DNA from: an uncultured virus (IMG/VR IMGVR_UViG_2061766007_000957)
Lineage: Duplodnaviria > Heunggongvirae > Uroviricota > Caudoviricetes
Strand: one strand, 5' to 3'
DNA length: 64,000 nucleotides
Virus record (IMG/VR): IMGVR_UViG_2061766007_000957
Location: 1 to 64,000 of that record
The notes beneath the pieces are model-generated. The model was not told the origin of the DNA, searched no databases, and worked only from the letters and a program-made list of their open reading frames with translations. Shown one piece after another: positions 46,098 to 55,493 of this stretch. The translations under genes were made by a program, and so were the position numbers. Positions within the stretch are counted from its first letter, which is position 1, and every line of letters begins with the position of its first letter.

Positions 46098-46213
46098 TTT
46101 ATTGCAGGGACAACTTCTGCTTACCTAAGCTTCACTCATTGCCCGGTCCGATTGCATATAACCCTGCATGGATCAGAGTGTCAATCCGTTAAAGTTTTGA
46201 ACGGGGGAGCTGT

Positions 46214-46927
46214 TTAGTATACGTCCTCGTTGCTGCGGCGCGAAGGAGTTCTCCGTCTTACCGGGGCTTCCTCTTCCTGCTTACCGCCACGCCGTCTGAC
46301 GGGGCGAGCTTCTTCCGTATCATCATCCGTCGGCGGGAACTGACCTTCTGTCAGGTAATACTCCATATCTTCCGCCGTCTTATCAAGTACATGATTCCCA
46401 AGGATGGGAGACATTGCAGGGAGATCCTCTAACGTAGTATCATCAGGCTGGCCGATCGGATATACATTGTACTGGGTCTGCTGATCACCAGATGCGCCAT
46501 CACGCTCGATCTCAAATATCTGGCCTACCATATTCGGATACCGGGAAGCCATGCTAGTAAGCTTCTTAAACCAGGTCTTGCCCCGCTCCCATATCTGCAC
46601 CTTATCCTCGTCAATGTTATAGATCGGGATAAACAGCTTGACAACCGTATATTTGCCTTCGCGGCAAAACGGGCATACATCAACCGGATCCTTATAATCC
46701 CGCAAACAGTTAACGTATCTCTTACGGGGTCTGCCATTCTTGCCCATTAGGACTCTACCATTTTCATCGACCATATCGATTTCATGGACAGTATCCCCTA
46801 CAATATCATCAACGCTGGCATACATAAATCTGACCTGCGCCACTTCCTTATCTTCTTTGAGCTGAAAGAACCCAGCTCCTCCTTGGCCGCCGTACTTATC
46901 GACCTCGTCATGTCTAACTCTTGCCAT
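46214..46927 (-). CDS. ssb: Single-stranded DNA-binding protein (gp32-like, Zn)
   Basis: FFQLK.D.E...VRF, C.....CPFC, IWERG, IERDG..GD..T.Y; acidic tail. Confidence 0.75.
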   Translation of the reverse strand: MARVRHDEVDKYGGQGGAGFFQLKEDKEVAQVRFMYASVDDIVGDTVHEIDMVDENGRVLMGKNGRPRKRYVNCLRDYKDPVDVCPFCREGKYTVVKLFIPIYNIDEDKVQIWERGKTWFKKLTSMASRYPNMVGQIFEIERDGASGDQQTQYNVYPIGQPDDTTLEDLPAMSPILGNHVLDKTAEDMEYYLTEGQFPPTDDDTEEARPVRRRGGKQEEEAPVRRRTPSRRSNEDVY

Positions 46928-46928
46928 A

Positions 46929-47720
46929 TTACTTGTCCTCCTTCTTAGATTTTGTAGTGCCTTCGTTCTTGGAGATGCGATAATTTCTCCCAGCTTTCAG
47001 TAGAGCCTTGATCAGCTTCTTATCCTGCGCGGACAGCTTGTCCGTGAATTTGTATACCGCCCCAAACATATGATTGATAGTTGAAGTGGGCTGAGTCATA
47101 TCCTCAGTAACCACAATCGGCTTAACAGCAATCGTCAGAGAGCTCTTGCTGTAATTAAACTTGCAATACATATGGCCGCCTACCTTAAACGCATTCATCT
47201 TGATGTCCTTAGCAGGGCTGAAGATCTCATCCCCATATGCAGCTACCTGATCATAGATCCACTGCTTGTCCTCAGTGATGTGAGCTGCTTCCTGTTTAGG
47301 CTGGCGCGGCTTACGAGCTGCCTTTTTCTTGGCTGCATCAGCCTTTGCCTTTGCCTGAGCTGCGATCTCCTTACCAACCTCAGCCAGCGGAGTACCATCG
47401 CCTGCTACCTCAGCCTTCAGATCTGCCAGCTTCTCCGAACCGGGCATAGGAACCAGATTTTCCTCAACAATCTCATAGGATTCGATCTTAGGGCACTCAA
47501 TGCCAAGATCCTTCTTCTGCTGCATAACCTCCTCAACATAAGCATCCTGCTCCTGAGCCTGCTCATCCTCAACCTTCTTCCACCATCTCTTGAAAGTGGA
47601 TTCTGAGATCTCGGTGATCTTGCCATCAGCATACTGCAGCTGAACCGTTTTGAATTTCTCATTCCTGCCAATTACCGTCGCCATCTGTACTTCTTTGCTT
47701 CTCTTGTTCATGTAAGTCAT
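46929..47720 (-). CDS. Hypothetical early protein
   Basis: 263 aa; STFKRWWK; Ala/Lys-rich linker; AAGGAGG RBS. Confidence 0.75.
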   Translation of the reverse strand: MTYMNKRSKEVQMATVIGRNEKFKTVQLQYADGKITEISESTFKRWWKKVEDEQAQEQDAYVEEVMQQKKDLGIECPKIESYEIVEENLVPMPGSEKLADLKAEVAGDGTPLAEVGKEIAAQAKAKADAAKKKAARKPRQPKQEAAHITEDKQWIYDQVAAYGDEIFSPAKDIKMNAFKVGGHMYCKFNYSKSSLTIAVKPIVVTEDMTQPTSTINHMFGAVYKFTDKLSAQDKKLIKALLKAGRNYRISKNEGTTKSKKEDK

Positions 47721-47794
47721 GTCTTTTCCTCCTTAGAAATAAGTTTGTAGGGTTTGTAGTTTCGATACGATATTAAGTTGTAGGAACCTCCTTT

Positions 47795-47926
47795 CTATAG
47801 TGAGTTGATATATTCCTCGGCGTCCTGCTCACTGGCAAAACTTCCGATGAATCCCAGCTTGCCATATACGTCAACCCCCATGGTCGACCGGCCAATAATG
47901 ATTGTGAATCCCTTATAAATGTACAT
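47795..47926 (-). CDS. Small early protein (43 aa)
   Basis: GGGAGG RBS; MYIYKGFTIIIGRSTMGVDVYGKLGFIGSFASEQDAEEYINSL; first ORF after the promoter. Confidence 0.7.
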   Translation of the reverse strand: MYIYKGFTIIIGRSTMGVDVYGKLGFIGSFASEQDAEEYINSL

Positions 47927-47938
47927 ACGCACCTCCCA

Positions 47939-47975
47939 TCGTAAATATTATACGATGTATTTTCTGACATTTCAA
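47939..47975 (-). promoter_or_regulatory. Sigma-A promoter with shared 17-bp quasi-palindrome
   Basis: TTGAAA-17-TATAAT. Confidence 0.85.
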
Positions 47976-47978
47976 CCC

Positions 47979-48143
47979 TTATTTTGTATTTTGCAGGGCT
48001 TCAAGAATCTGCTTAGTAATATACGAATTTGTAGATCCGGAACGCATGACAATTTTTATCTTACTAAGATCCGCTCCGGATTTTCTTAACTTTCTACATA
48101 TGGCATCAAACCTCATCAATAAATCCCTATCTTGTTCTTTCAT
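47979..48143 (-). CDS. Hypothetical protein
   Basis: ATG overlaps the primase TGA. Confidence 0.6.
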   Translation of the reverse strand: MKEQDRDLLMRFDAICRKLRKSGADLSKIKIVMRSGSTNSYITKQILEALQNTK

Positions 48144-49084
48144 AGCACTTTCTCCAATCTTTTTAATTCTTCCCCGGTACATTCATTTGCATCTTTACGT
48201 CCACCGGGCAGCAAGTATTCAAATATCAATTTATTTGTAACATTCTTTTTAATTCGCTGGCGAGCCTGCATCCCTGCTTTATCCATATCGGTACAAAGGA
48301 TCAGTTCCCTGCATGGCAACTCTCTAAGCTGCTTGTATTGCAACTCCGTCCCAAGACCATTCAGCGCCACCGCACATCTTTTAATTGTCCAGAATGATAA
48401 TGCGTCAAGCATTGATTCGCATACAATGACTGCTGACGGGAATACTCTTTGTTGATATAATTCGAAAAGTCCGTAGAGTGGCTTTTCGGCTTCTTTCGGA
48501 TAATTAAAATACTTAGTATCAACAGACCGACGGGCAACAAATAATGTGCCACCAGATTTATCCCGTACAGGAAAAGTAATGCAGCGAGTATCTTTATCAT
48601 ACCCAATATCAAACTCCTCAATAACTTCATCTGTTAACCCCCTCTCATACATGTATGGATGATAGTATCTATAGTGCTCTAATATTTCTTCTGGAACATA
48701 AGTTATTTGTTTTTCTTGTGTCTTGCCTCTGCTGAGCTGCAATTCGATCGGCTTTCGATCCTCGACCTGAATAGTTGCATAATTTTTCAGTAACCACTTC
48801 CATCCAAAAGATCCAACCTGATCATTGATATATCCAAAGCAATATGAAATGACTTCATTAAGTTCGTGGATCTCCCCACATGCAAAACAATGAAATTTGC
48901 CATCGCTTTTTCTAATCCCAGCACTAGGTCTTCGTTCATTGTGATATGGACAGCATACCATGATATCATTCCCGATATCTTTTATCTTATCAAATTTTTG
49001 CAAGCCTTGCGTAGCCAGCTGCGCATCGATCTCCATCAATATATCATTCAGGCTTGCATTAAATTCTACGCCATTGATTTTCAT
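48140..49084 (-). CDS. dnaG: DNA primase (CHC2 Zn finger + TOPRIM)
   Basis: CPYH.E..PS...CFACG, ITFP, CES..DA, DMDKAG, KDANE. Confidence 0.92.
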   Translation of the reverse strand: MKINGVEFNASLNDILMEIDAQLATQGLQKFDKIKDIGNDIMVCCPYHNERRPSAGIRKSDGKFHCFACGEIHELNEVISYCFGYINDQVGSFGWKWLLKNYATIQVEDRKPIELQLSRGKTQEKQITYVPEEILEHYRYYHPYMYERGLTDEVIEEFDIGYDKDTRCITFPVRDKSGGTLFVARRSVDTKYFNYPKEAEKPLYGLFELYQQRVFPSAVIVCESMLDALSFWTIKRCAVALNGLGTELQYKQLRELPCRELILCTDMDKAGMQARQRIKKNVTNKLIFEYLLPGGRKDANECTGEELKRLEKVL

Positions 49085-50367
49085 TAGAAAACATCCTCGT
49101 TGCTTTCTTCTTTTTCTTTTGGCTTTCTTTCCCTGCGCCTTATCGGTTCATCATTATTCAGAACAGTTGGTATAAACTCACCAATATTAGCATTCCATGT
49201 ATAAGCAATCTTTCCACCAACTCCTCCGTTCCTTTGCTTCTTAACCTGAATGATCAAAGTATTGTCTTTTTGCTTTAATGAAATAATCTTGCTGGCATTG
49301 TAACTAATACCATCGCTGTCCCTGATATTTTCCAACTCAGGGAGATCATCTGTATTCTTATCAGTAATGCCGCCCCGGTTTGCTTGTACAACTGCCAGTA
49401 CCGGAACTCCGACTTCCATTGATAGGCTCATAAGATCCTCAGCTATGTTTGTCAGAGAAGTGGTTTTATTATCGTTTCTGCGACCCCGCTCATCACTTAA
49501 ATATGTTATGCCATCAATGGCTATAATATCAAGATGATTTTGCTTTATCCAGTTCCGTAACTTTGTTACAGTTATTTGCCTATTGAAGTCATTGGGGGTA
49601 GCAACTAAAAATTGATTTTCCTTAGTAAGCAGATCATCTATATAAGTCCGGTATTCATCTTCTGCGATGTTATTATTACCCCACATAAGACCTTTATTAT
49701 CAAAATTCTTATACAAAGTATCAAACCTATATCCGATACTGCTGGCTCCCATTTCCGGACTAATATAGCCAACATTAAATCCGATCTCCCATATATGAGA
49801 ACATATTTTTTCAAGCAGCCATGACTTACCTTGATTTGTTCTTGCAAAGATCACAAATAATTCTTCTCTTCGCTGAATCCCATGAATTAGATCATCAAGC
49901 TCCGGTAACCCAGTTGTAAAGAACCATTCTTTTTGATGATCCCTTCTTTCAACAAATTCATCATATCGCTGCTTTGCCTGCGATATAATATCAATTCCTC
50001 CCAGCTTATAAGAAGGTTGTAATTCTTTTGTGGCCTGCAACATGTATTCAGCAGCTGCATTAGCATCCGTCTGTAACAGATCAGCAATCTTCTGAACAAT
50101 GGGAACTGATTTTTGAAATAAATATTCTTCCCGAATTGTTTCCACCAAATAACGATCACTTTCGGTAACCTCAACCAATTCTATATTATCAAACTTACTT
50201 AGAAAGGTCGCTTTGTCAGGAGTGTTGCCGTACTGCTTATAATGATCCAATATGAAATTGTATTCGTCTTCGTATTCTATGAAATACTCTTGGGTAAGTT
50301 GATTGTTTTCGATAATATCTATGCTGCCAGTTTGAAGGCATTTTGAAAGAATCTGGAGTGCAACCAT
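49084..50367 (-). CDS. dnaB: Replicative DnaB-like helicase
   Basis: TGL..LD, ARTNQGKS, SPEM, IDG, QANR, KQRNG. Confidence 0.9.
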   Translation of the reverse strand: MVALQILSKCLQTGSIDIIENNQLTQEYFIEYEDEYNFILDHYKQYGNTPDKATFLSKFDNIELVEVTESDRYLVETIREEYLFQKSVPIVQKIADLLQTDANAAAEYMLQATKELQPSYKLGGIDIISQAKQRYDEFVERRDHQKEWFFTTGLPELDDLIHGIQRREELFVIFARTNQGKSWLLEKICSHIWEIGFNVGYISPEMGASSIGYRFDTLYKNFDNKGLMWGNNNIAEDEYRTYIDDLLTKENQFLVATPNDFNRQITVTKLRNWIKQNHLDIIAIDGITYLSDERGRRNDNKTTSLTNIAEDLMSLSMEVGVPVLAVVQANRGGITDKNTDDLPELENIRDSDGISYNASKIISLKQKDNTLIIQVKKQRNGGVGGKIAYTWNANIGEFIPTVLNNDEPIRRRERKPKEKEESNEDVF

Positions 50368-51023
50368 TATCTCATATCCTCACTTTTCAATTCTATTATC
50401 TCACTGCAATTGTATACCCTGCTTACCAACCGGCTACCAATATGCTCTGTTAATTCTTCAACAGAAGTATAATTGCTTGTAAATATGTTGGATCGGTTTG
50501 CCTGCTGCCTTGCATTGATATAAACAAGCAGCTGAGTGTAATCATATTCACTTACTTTACCCGCTCCTATATCATCCCATATGACGAGCGGGGTTTTCTT
50601 TACGTTTTCCAAATAACTATTAGATAATGGGTTGTCAAAATGCTTTAACGAGGTTAAAAATTCCGGAACATATATAAACAATCCCAGCGGCTCAACAGGA
50701 CCCCATACATCCCATTCTAATTCAAACAGCTTATACATGATCTTGATCGCCCAGCTTGTTTTTCCATTACCAGTATATTTGCTGCATATGTAAAGATTAC
50801 TTCCATCTTCAACAAACCCATCCACAGTATCCTTTATCTCTTTCAGGCGAAGAAATTGTTTGAGATCTTTCCCATCGCAATCCAAATTGATGGGATGATG
50901 TAAATTCTCCGGAACACCAGATAAATTCATTAAGGCTTTAATAACCGGATATTTTACGCAAGTATTACAATCTTTATCGCATACCTTTTTATACCAGCAA
51001 TCAGAAATGGTATACGCGTTCAT
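50367..51023 (-). CDS. DnaC/IstB-like helicase loader ATPase
   Basis: TGNGKTS, VIWDDIG, FTSN, G.RLVSR. Confidence 0.85.
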   Translation of the reverse strand: MNAYTISDCWYKKVCDKDCNTCVKYPVIKALMNLSGVPENLHHPINLDCDGKDLKQFLRLKEIKDTVDGFVEDGSNLYICSKYTGNGKTSWAIKIMYKLFELEWDVWGPVEPLGLFIYVPEFLTSLKHFDNPLSNSYLENVKKTPLVIWDDIGAGKVSEYDYTQLLVYINARQQANRSNIFTSNYTSVEELTEHIGSRLVSRVYNCSEIIELKSEDMR

Positions 51024-51783
51024 TTTTATCCTCCTTTGTAGCTCTTGGTGCAGATGCTAACCCATCTATGGATTTCTTTTTGCCATTATATTTTCCCTCT
51101 AAGATACTGAGAAATTTATCCTCCCTAAAAATGAAATCAAAATCTGCAACCCAGCCTCTGTCATTTTTTCCGGTTAAAAAATCAGATGCATTTGCTTTAT
51201 CAAATACCTGGATTATTTCGTCCAGCGAATACTTTTTAAGGATAGCCCGGATAGCCTTTTTCCTTTTTTCTGATAATTGCCTTGCTTTTGGTAATTTGTT
51301 ACATCGATCATTGTACAATTCCAATACCCGATTTTCGCCCTTATCCCCTTTATCCCTTTCTATATCTATATCTTTTTTTACTTCTATAAGCCCTTTACTG
51401 CTTAATGGCTTATTAAGACTATTATCTAGATTATCTATATGGCTTATATTATTGGTGAACCTTAGGTGCATACCATGAACCTTAGGTGCATACCCCCCAT
51501 GAACCTTAGGTGCATAGTATGCAACATAGGTTACTCCATTTATAATTAATTGTTCTTTTGTAATAAGATTGCGGGAAATAAGATTCTTCAGATTTTTTTG
51601 AATGCCCTGCTTTGTAGCTCCACACCAATCGGCTAAATATTGCAGGCTGCCAGTAAACTTTTGGTTTTCGATTTGACTGAATCCATATATAGTGGCGTAT
51701 ACAAGTAAATCATTACCGGTCAATCCCAGCTCCGTTCTCATCCATCCTTGTATTTCTAAGAAATTGGTTTCCTGTACTTGCAT
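51001..51783 (-). CDS. Phage replication initiator (winged-helix N-terminus)
   Basis: L.L.GN.LLVYA.IYGFSQ, GSL.YLA.W, SDFL.G.N..GW.ADFDF; GGAGG RBS before the ATG at 51783. Confidence 0.85.
   Translation of the reverse strand: MQVQETNFLEIQGWMRTELGLTGNDLLVYATIYGFSQIENQKFTGSLQYLADWCGATKQGIQKNLKNLISRNLITKEQLIINGVTYVAYYAPKVHGGYAPKVHGMHLRFTNNISHIDNLDNSLNKPLSSKGLIEVKKDIDIERDKGDKGENRVLELYNDRCNKLPKARQLSEKRKKAIRAILKKYSLDEIIQVFDKANASDFLTGKNDRGWVADFDFIFREDKFLSILEGKYNGKKKSIDGLASAPRATKEDKNERVYHF
51456..51516. repeat. Three 17-bp iterons (probable replication origin)
   Basis: TGAACCTTAGGTGCATA at 51456, 51476 and 51500, inside the initiator gene next to AT-rich DNA. Confidence 0.8.
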
Positions 51784-51802
51784 GCCGTCCTCCGATAAAA
51801 CC

Positions 51803-51902
51803 GGGCTTGCATAAATGCAAATGCGGTTACATTTATGCAAGCCCTTCTGTAGCTTTCGTTATAAGGTTTCTTGTTGCAAGAGTTCCGCATAACTCCAGCT
51901 AC
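51803..51902 (-). promoter_or_regulatory. Kissing-loop attenuator-like leader of the initiator gene
   Basis: Hairpin GAGUU(AUGCGG)AACUC and an 18-bp hairpin with the complementary loop CCGCAU, followed by GGUUUU. Confidence 0.65.
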
Positions 51903-51933
51903 CTTTTTAATGAACCATGCAGCTCACAATTCT

Positions 51934-51961
51934 ATAATACTCATTGACATATATAAGTCAA
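51934..51961 (-). promoter_or_regulatory. Sigma-A promoter for the replication operon
   Basis: TTGACT-16-TATTAT; overlaps the inverted repeat TTGAC-N8-GTCAA. Confidence 0.5.
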
Positions 51962-51966
51962 CCTTT

Positions 51967-52200
51967 TTATTTTTGGTATGCCTTATATGCATCCTCGATC
52001 TGGTTGTCACATTCAGCATTAACAGTATCCCATAGCAATTTTCTTTCCTGCTCCAGATCCACACCTTCGACTGCTGGGATCAATCTTTCTTCGCAAGCTT
52101 CGATTGTATAGAAGGCATCCCCGATCTTAATACTTGCCCTGCTCGTAAACCGGATACTTGTTGTGACAGCTTTCTGTTCATACTTCTTCTTTGTGGCCAT
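51967..52200 (-). CDS. Hypothetical protein
   Basis: 77 aa, TAATG coupled. Confidence 0.7.
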   Translation of the reverse strand: MATKKKYEQKAVTTSIRFTSRASIKIGDAFYTIEACEERLIPAVEGVDLEQERKLLWDTVNAECDNQIEDAYKAYQK

Positions 52201-52679
52201 TATTTTTTCTCCTTTGCTTTTTTGATTGTAAGGCGCTCTTCCTGCTTATCGGTATAACATGCCTTCAATTTAAGCAGAACCGCCTTATCTTCAATGTCAC
52301 CATTAAATATGGCGGTTTCTAAAGCATCCTGATCGATATATTCCTTTGTCCTGATATAAGGACATTGCTGGGATCCATTATGGGAGATCCAATAGTCTTT
52401 CAGGATTTCAAGCATCTGCTCTTCATTAACAATATGCTTGGTTGCCACTACATAAGACATTACCCAGCCATCTGCTTCTATATTATTGACAGAAAGCTCC
52501 CTGCATATACGCTTTATTTCCTTGTTATCCGCCTCAATTAGCGCTTTTAATTCATCAGCCTTAGATTTATTCGCCCCATAGGCTGGAATAAGCTGTATGA
52601 GCTTATTTTGGAGCTGATTTGCTGGCTCCTGCCTTACCTCTTCTACCGGGTTTTTTACTCCTAATACTTTTCTTGCCAT
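52200..52679 (-). CDS. Hypothetical (Gam/gp157-like) protein
   Basis: AAGGAGG RBS before the ATG at 52679; IRTKEYID..ALE motif. Confidence 0.55.
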   Translation of the reverse strand: MARKVLGVKNPVEEVRQEPANQLQNKLIQLIPAYGANKSKADELKALIEADNKEIKRICRELSVNNIEADGWVMSYVVATKHIVNEEQMLEILKDYWISHNGSQQCPYIRTKEYIDQDALETAIFNGDIEDKAVLLKLKACYTDKQEERLTIKKAKEKK

Positions 52680-52950
52680 CTTCTTTGACCTCCTTCTTAT
52701 AATATCGCTGGGTTGTTTTGCCCATGATACCATTTCTACCTTTTGGAAGTGCCTTCTGAAATTCGATCAGTTTTGACAGATCTTCCCTTTTCCAATAGCG
52801 TCTACTTTTTTCAGTATCTTTTGTATACTCCGGAAGCAGCTGCGCAATTTCATTGTCCGGATTTTCCTTCTTAAATCGATACCAAAAATTCAAAGTATTT
52901 TCGCTGATGCCCAGCATTACTACTACCTGTTGTGCTGTTAAGTATTCCAT
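52603..52950 (-). CDS. MerR/excisionase-like HTH DNA-binding protein
   Basis: YLT.QQV...LGIS.NTL..W and R.W...DL. Confidence 0.7.
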   Translation of the reverse strand: MEYLTAQQVVVMLGISENTLNFWYRFKKENPDNEIAQLLPEYTKDTEKSRRYWKREDLSKLIEFQKALPKGRNGIMGKTTQRYYKKEVKEDGKKSIRSKKPGRRGKAGASKSAPK

Positions 52951-53021
52951 TTCTATCCTCCTTTATCCATCATCATAACAGCTAATCTCCTTTCCATAGG
53001 GCTTGTAGGTTTATCCTATTA

Positions 53022-54698
53022 TTAGCTGAGCAAATAGTTCAGCAATTCTCTCTTATCTCCGGCCAGCTTGCCATCAACCATAGCATCCGCCATCATACCT
53101 TTCTTTTCAACAATTTCATGAATGCGCTCATCAATTGTATCCTTACACATCAAGGTATAAATTGTAAGATTGTTTTTCTGTCCAATTCTATGACAGCGGT
53201 CAACACATTGTTCTTTCAAAGCCATGTTCCAAGGCTCATCCAAAAAGATCTCAACTGTCCCAGCAGTTAATGTAAGGCCCGTGCCCATTGCACCGGAAGT
53301 TCCGATCAATATCTGAATGTTACCATTCTGAAAATCTTCAACTATATGCTGGCGACGATCATCTGGAATTTCTCCAGTTATACAAGCTACATTATAGCCA
53401 GCATCTTCTAATCGGTCAAGTACAGGATCTACCATTTGAGTCCAATTTGTAAAGATAACAACCTTCTTATTATTACCGGTAGCTTCCTCAACTAACTCCA
53501 TCATTCTATCTATCTTAGCCGATTCCATTATGGTACTGGATAAGATCCCAGTAAAACCAGTTGCTTGTCTCATACGGATCAATTCTGCTAAAGGATTTGG
53601 AGATATAGAAATCTGATCAATGTTGTCTTTGATTTCCTGCGTCACTTCCTTATAAACTTTCTTCTGCGCAGGCAGCATATCCACAAACTCATCAATATAA
53701 GTTTTCTCCGGAAGATCTAAAACTTCTTCTTTTTTGCGGCGCAGCATAATTTCATTAAGTCGATCCTGCAATTCATCTAAGTTCTTATAACCGACAACTT
53801 GATAGCCACCAAATCCACCATATACACAGTAATGTTTCTTGAAGCTGTAGAAGGCATGCTTTTCATACCCAAGCCATTTCAAGATAATAAACAGATCCAT
53901 AGGCTGATTCATAAGGGGCGTTCCAGTCATGGCAATCATTGTTTCTGCCTGCAGCTGCAAAATACCTTTGCCCTGCTGAGTGGATGGATTTTTACATTTA
54001 TGACATTCGTCAAATGCTATCATACCGATAAGCCCGCATTCGCATGCCTGCTTCAAAGCATTCGCAATAACCTCATCCCGCAATGATTCTACATTTGTGA
54101 TAATGAAATATTCATCATGTGCTGGGAGATCAATAATGTCATTATACTTGTCCTGATTGCTTCCAATAGAGATTCGATTGCCTTTTGTTTTCTGACCAAG
54201 GATCCAAGCATCTTCATTAGAATGAGTATAAACCTCATTACGCCAGTTCCACTTCAAACCATTAACGCCGCAAATAATAAGGCAATGCTTATATCCTTTC
54301 GCGAGCTTCTTGGCAACCGCAATATCAATAACCTGCTTAGTCTTGCCAAGTCCCATTTCATCTCCCAGCAACCATCTGTCATATTGCAGGCCATAGTTAA
54401 AACCAGTTATCTGATGTTCATAGGGAGTTGTTTTGAAGTTGAATCCCTTCGGCATAACTGCCTTCGGTTTTTCTAAAGATACATACTGGCCACTGATATC
54501 GAAATCCTGATCCGGTAATGCCTTTACAAAATCTCCCAGCTTATTCAATGGGAGCTCCCACTTCTTTTCATCCGCATACCAAAACTTAGTTGGAAAAGTA
54601 CGAATGACCTCGACGATTTTCATATCGAAGTCAAAGGTAATGAATAATGAAAAATCTCCATTCAATCTGTTTGCCTTGTCTATAGTGATTTTGATCAT
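53022..54698 (-). CDS. SNF2-family helicase
   Basis: DEMGLGKT, FDECH, TGTP..N, MLRRKK, G.GLTLT, Q..DR.HRIGQ. Confidence 0.93.
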   Translation of the reverse strand: MIKITIDKANRLNGDFSLFITFDFDMKIVEVIRTFPTKFWYADEKKWELPLNKLGDFVKALPDQDFDISGQYVSLEKPKAVMPKGFNFKTTPYEHQITGFNYGLQYDRWLLGDEMGLGKTKQVIDIAVAKKLAKGYKHCLIICGVNGLKWNWRNEVYTHSNEDAWILGQKTKGNRISIGSNQDKYNDIIDLPAHDEYFIITNVESLRDEVIANALKQACECGLIGMIAFDECHKCKNPSTQQGKGILQLQAETMIAMTGTPLMNQPMDLFIILKWLGYEKHAFYSFKKHYCVYGGFGGYQVVGYKNLDELQDRLNEIMLRRKKEEVLDLPEKTYIDEFVDMLPAQKKVYKEVTQEIKDNIDQISISPNPLAELIRMRQATGFTGILSSTIMESAKIDRMMELVEEATGNNKKVVIFTNWTQMVDPVLDRLEDAGYNVACITGEIPDDRRQHIVEDFQNGNIQILIGTSGAMGTGLTLTAGTVEIFLDEPWNMALKEQCVDRCHRIGQKNNLTIYTLMCKDTIDERIHEIVEKKGMMADAMVDGKLAGDKRELLNYLLS

Positions 54699-54749
54699 TT
54701 TGTTTCCTCCTATATATGCCCGTATAGCCGCTAGCCCAGCTCCTGATAT

Positions 54750-55493
54750 TTAAGCCATCGGATTAATAAGTGTTCTAAAATGATAACACTGGATGTTATA
54801 TCCACCGGCTCCGATGGTCTGTACTTTTGCTTTGCCTTTTGTTCCAATAATGAAACCATTCAGATCATCCTTTGCTCCAATACTTAAGTTGCTGGCATCC
54901 GTGATCTGTCCTACGATTGCATTTGTTCTTTCAATAATGAAATCGTATTTACGGTTGGCTTCCTGTTCCAGATCTTTGTCCAGCTTTTTCAGATCCAGCT
55001 CATTTCGATCCATGTATTGGATGATCCAATTCCATTTCGAAAGATAAGCTTCTCTGACCTTATGCTCTTCTTCTCGCAGCTGCTTGCGTTGCTCCTTCTC
55101 GGAATAAGGAATCTTCCAATTCATCAAATCACAATAGTTACGTTCATATTCTGCATATTCCTGCTTTGCTTCCAAATATGCAGGCACTGCGTCGATATAG
55201 TGCTGGCGAACCCTTGCCTTCCAGTTATCCAGGAATTGAGTGATAACAACCACATTGCGGCTTGCTGCCTTTTCCAATTCCTGCATCAACTTCTCATTAT
55301 AATCTGCTAATGCCTTTTTTGCATCCTCTAAATCTTTCAATGCCCAGCGCTTATCCTGTTCGCTGTAATAATACGGGTTGACCTCCCAGTCAGTTGATTC
55401 CGCCATCGCGATACGATCCAGCTTCTTTACAATCTTGGCAATTTCTGCTTCCTTGCCTGCAATCCTCTTCTTTAAAAATTCTACACTTGCCAT
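54750..55493 (-). CDS. Hypothetical early protein (coiled coil + conserved C-terminus)
   Basis: AAGGAGG RBS before the ATG at 55493; LNG.I.G..G...V.TI.AGGYNIQC.H.R. Confidence 0.75.
   Translation of the reverse strand: MASVEFLKKRIAGKEAEIAKIVKKLDRIAMAESTDWEVNPYYYSEQDKRWALKDLEDAKKALADYNEKLMQELEKAASRNVVVITQFLDNWKARVRQHYIDAVPAYLEAKQEYAEYERNYCDLMNWKIPYSEKEQRKQLREEEHKVREAYLSKWNWIIQYMDRNELDLKKLDKDLEQEANRKYDFIIERTNAIVGQITDASNLSIGAKDDLNGFIIGTKGKAKVQTIGAGGYNIQCYHFRTLINPMA

Noticed and set aside
46155..46183. Promoter from a perfect TTGACA upstream of the tRNA
   Set aside because: No acceptable -10 at 16-18 bp spacing (TTATAT/TATATG).
47773..47970. 65-aa ORF in the track
   Set aside because: Starts inside the promoter; the 43-aa ORF 47795..47926 in another frame has the RBS.
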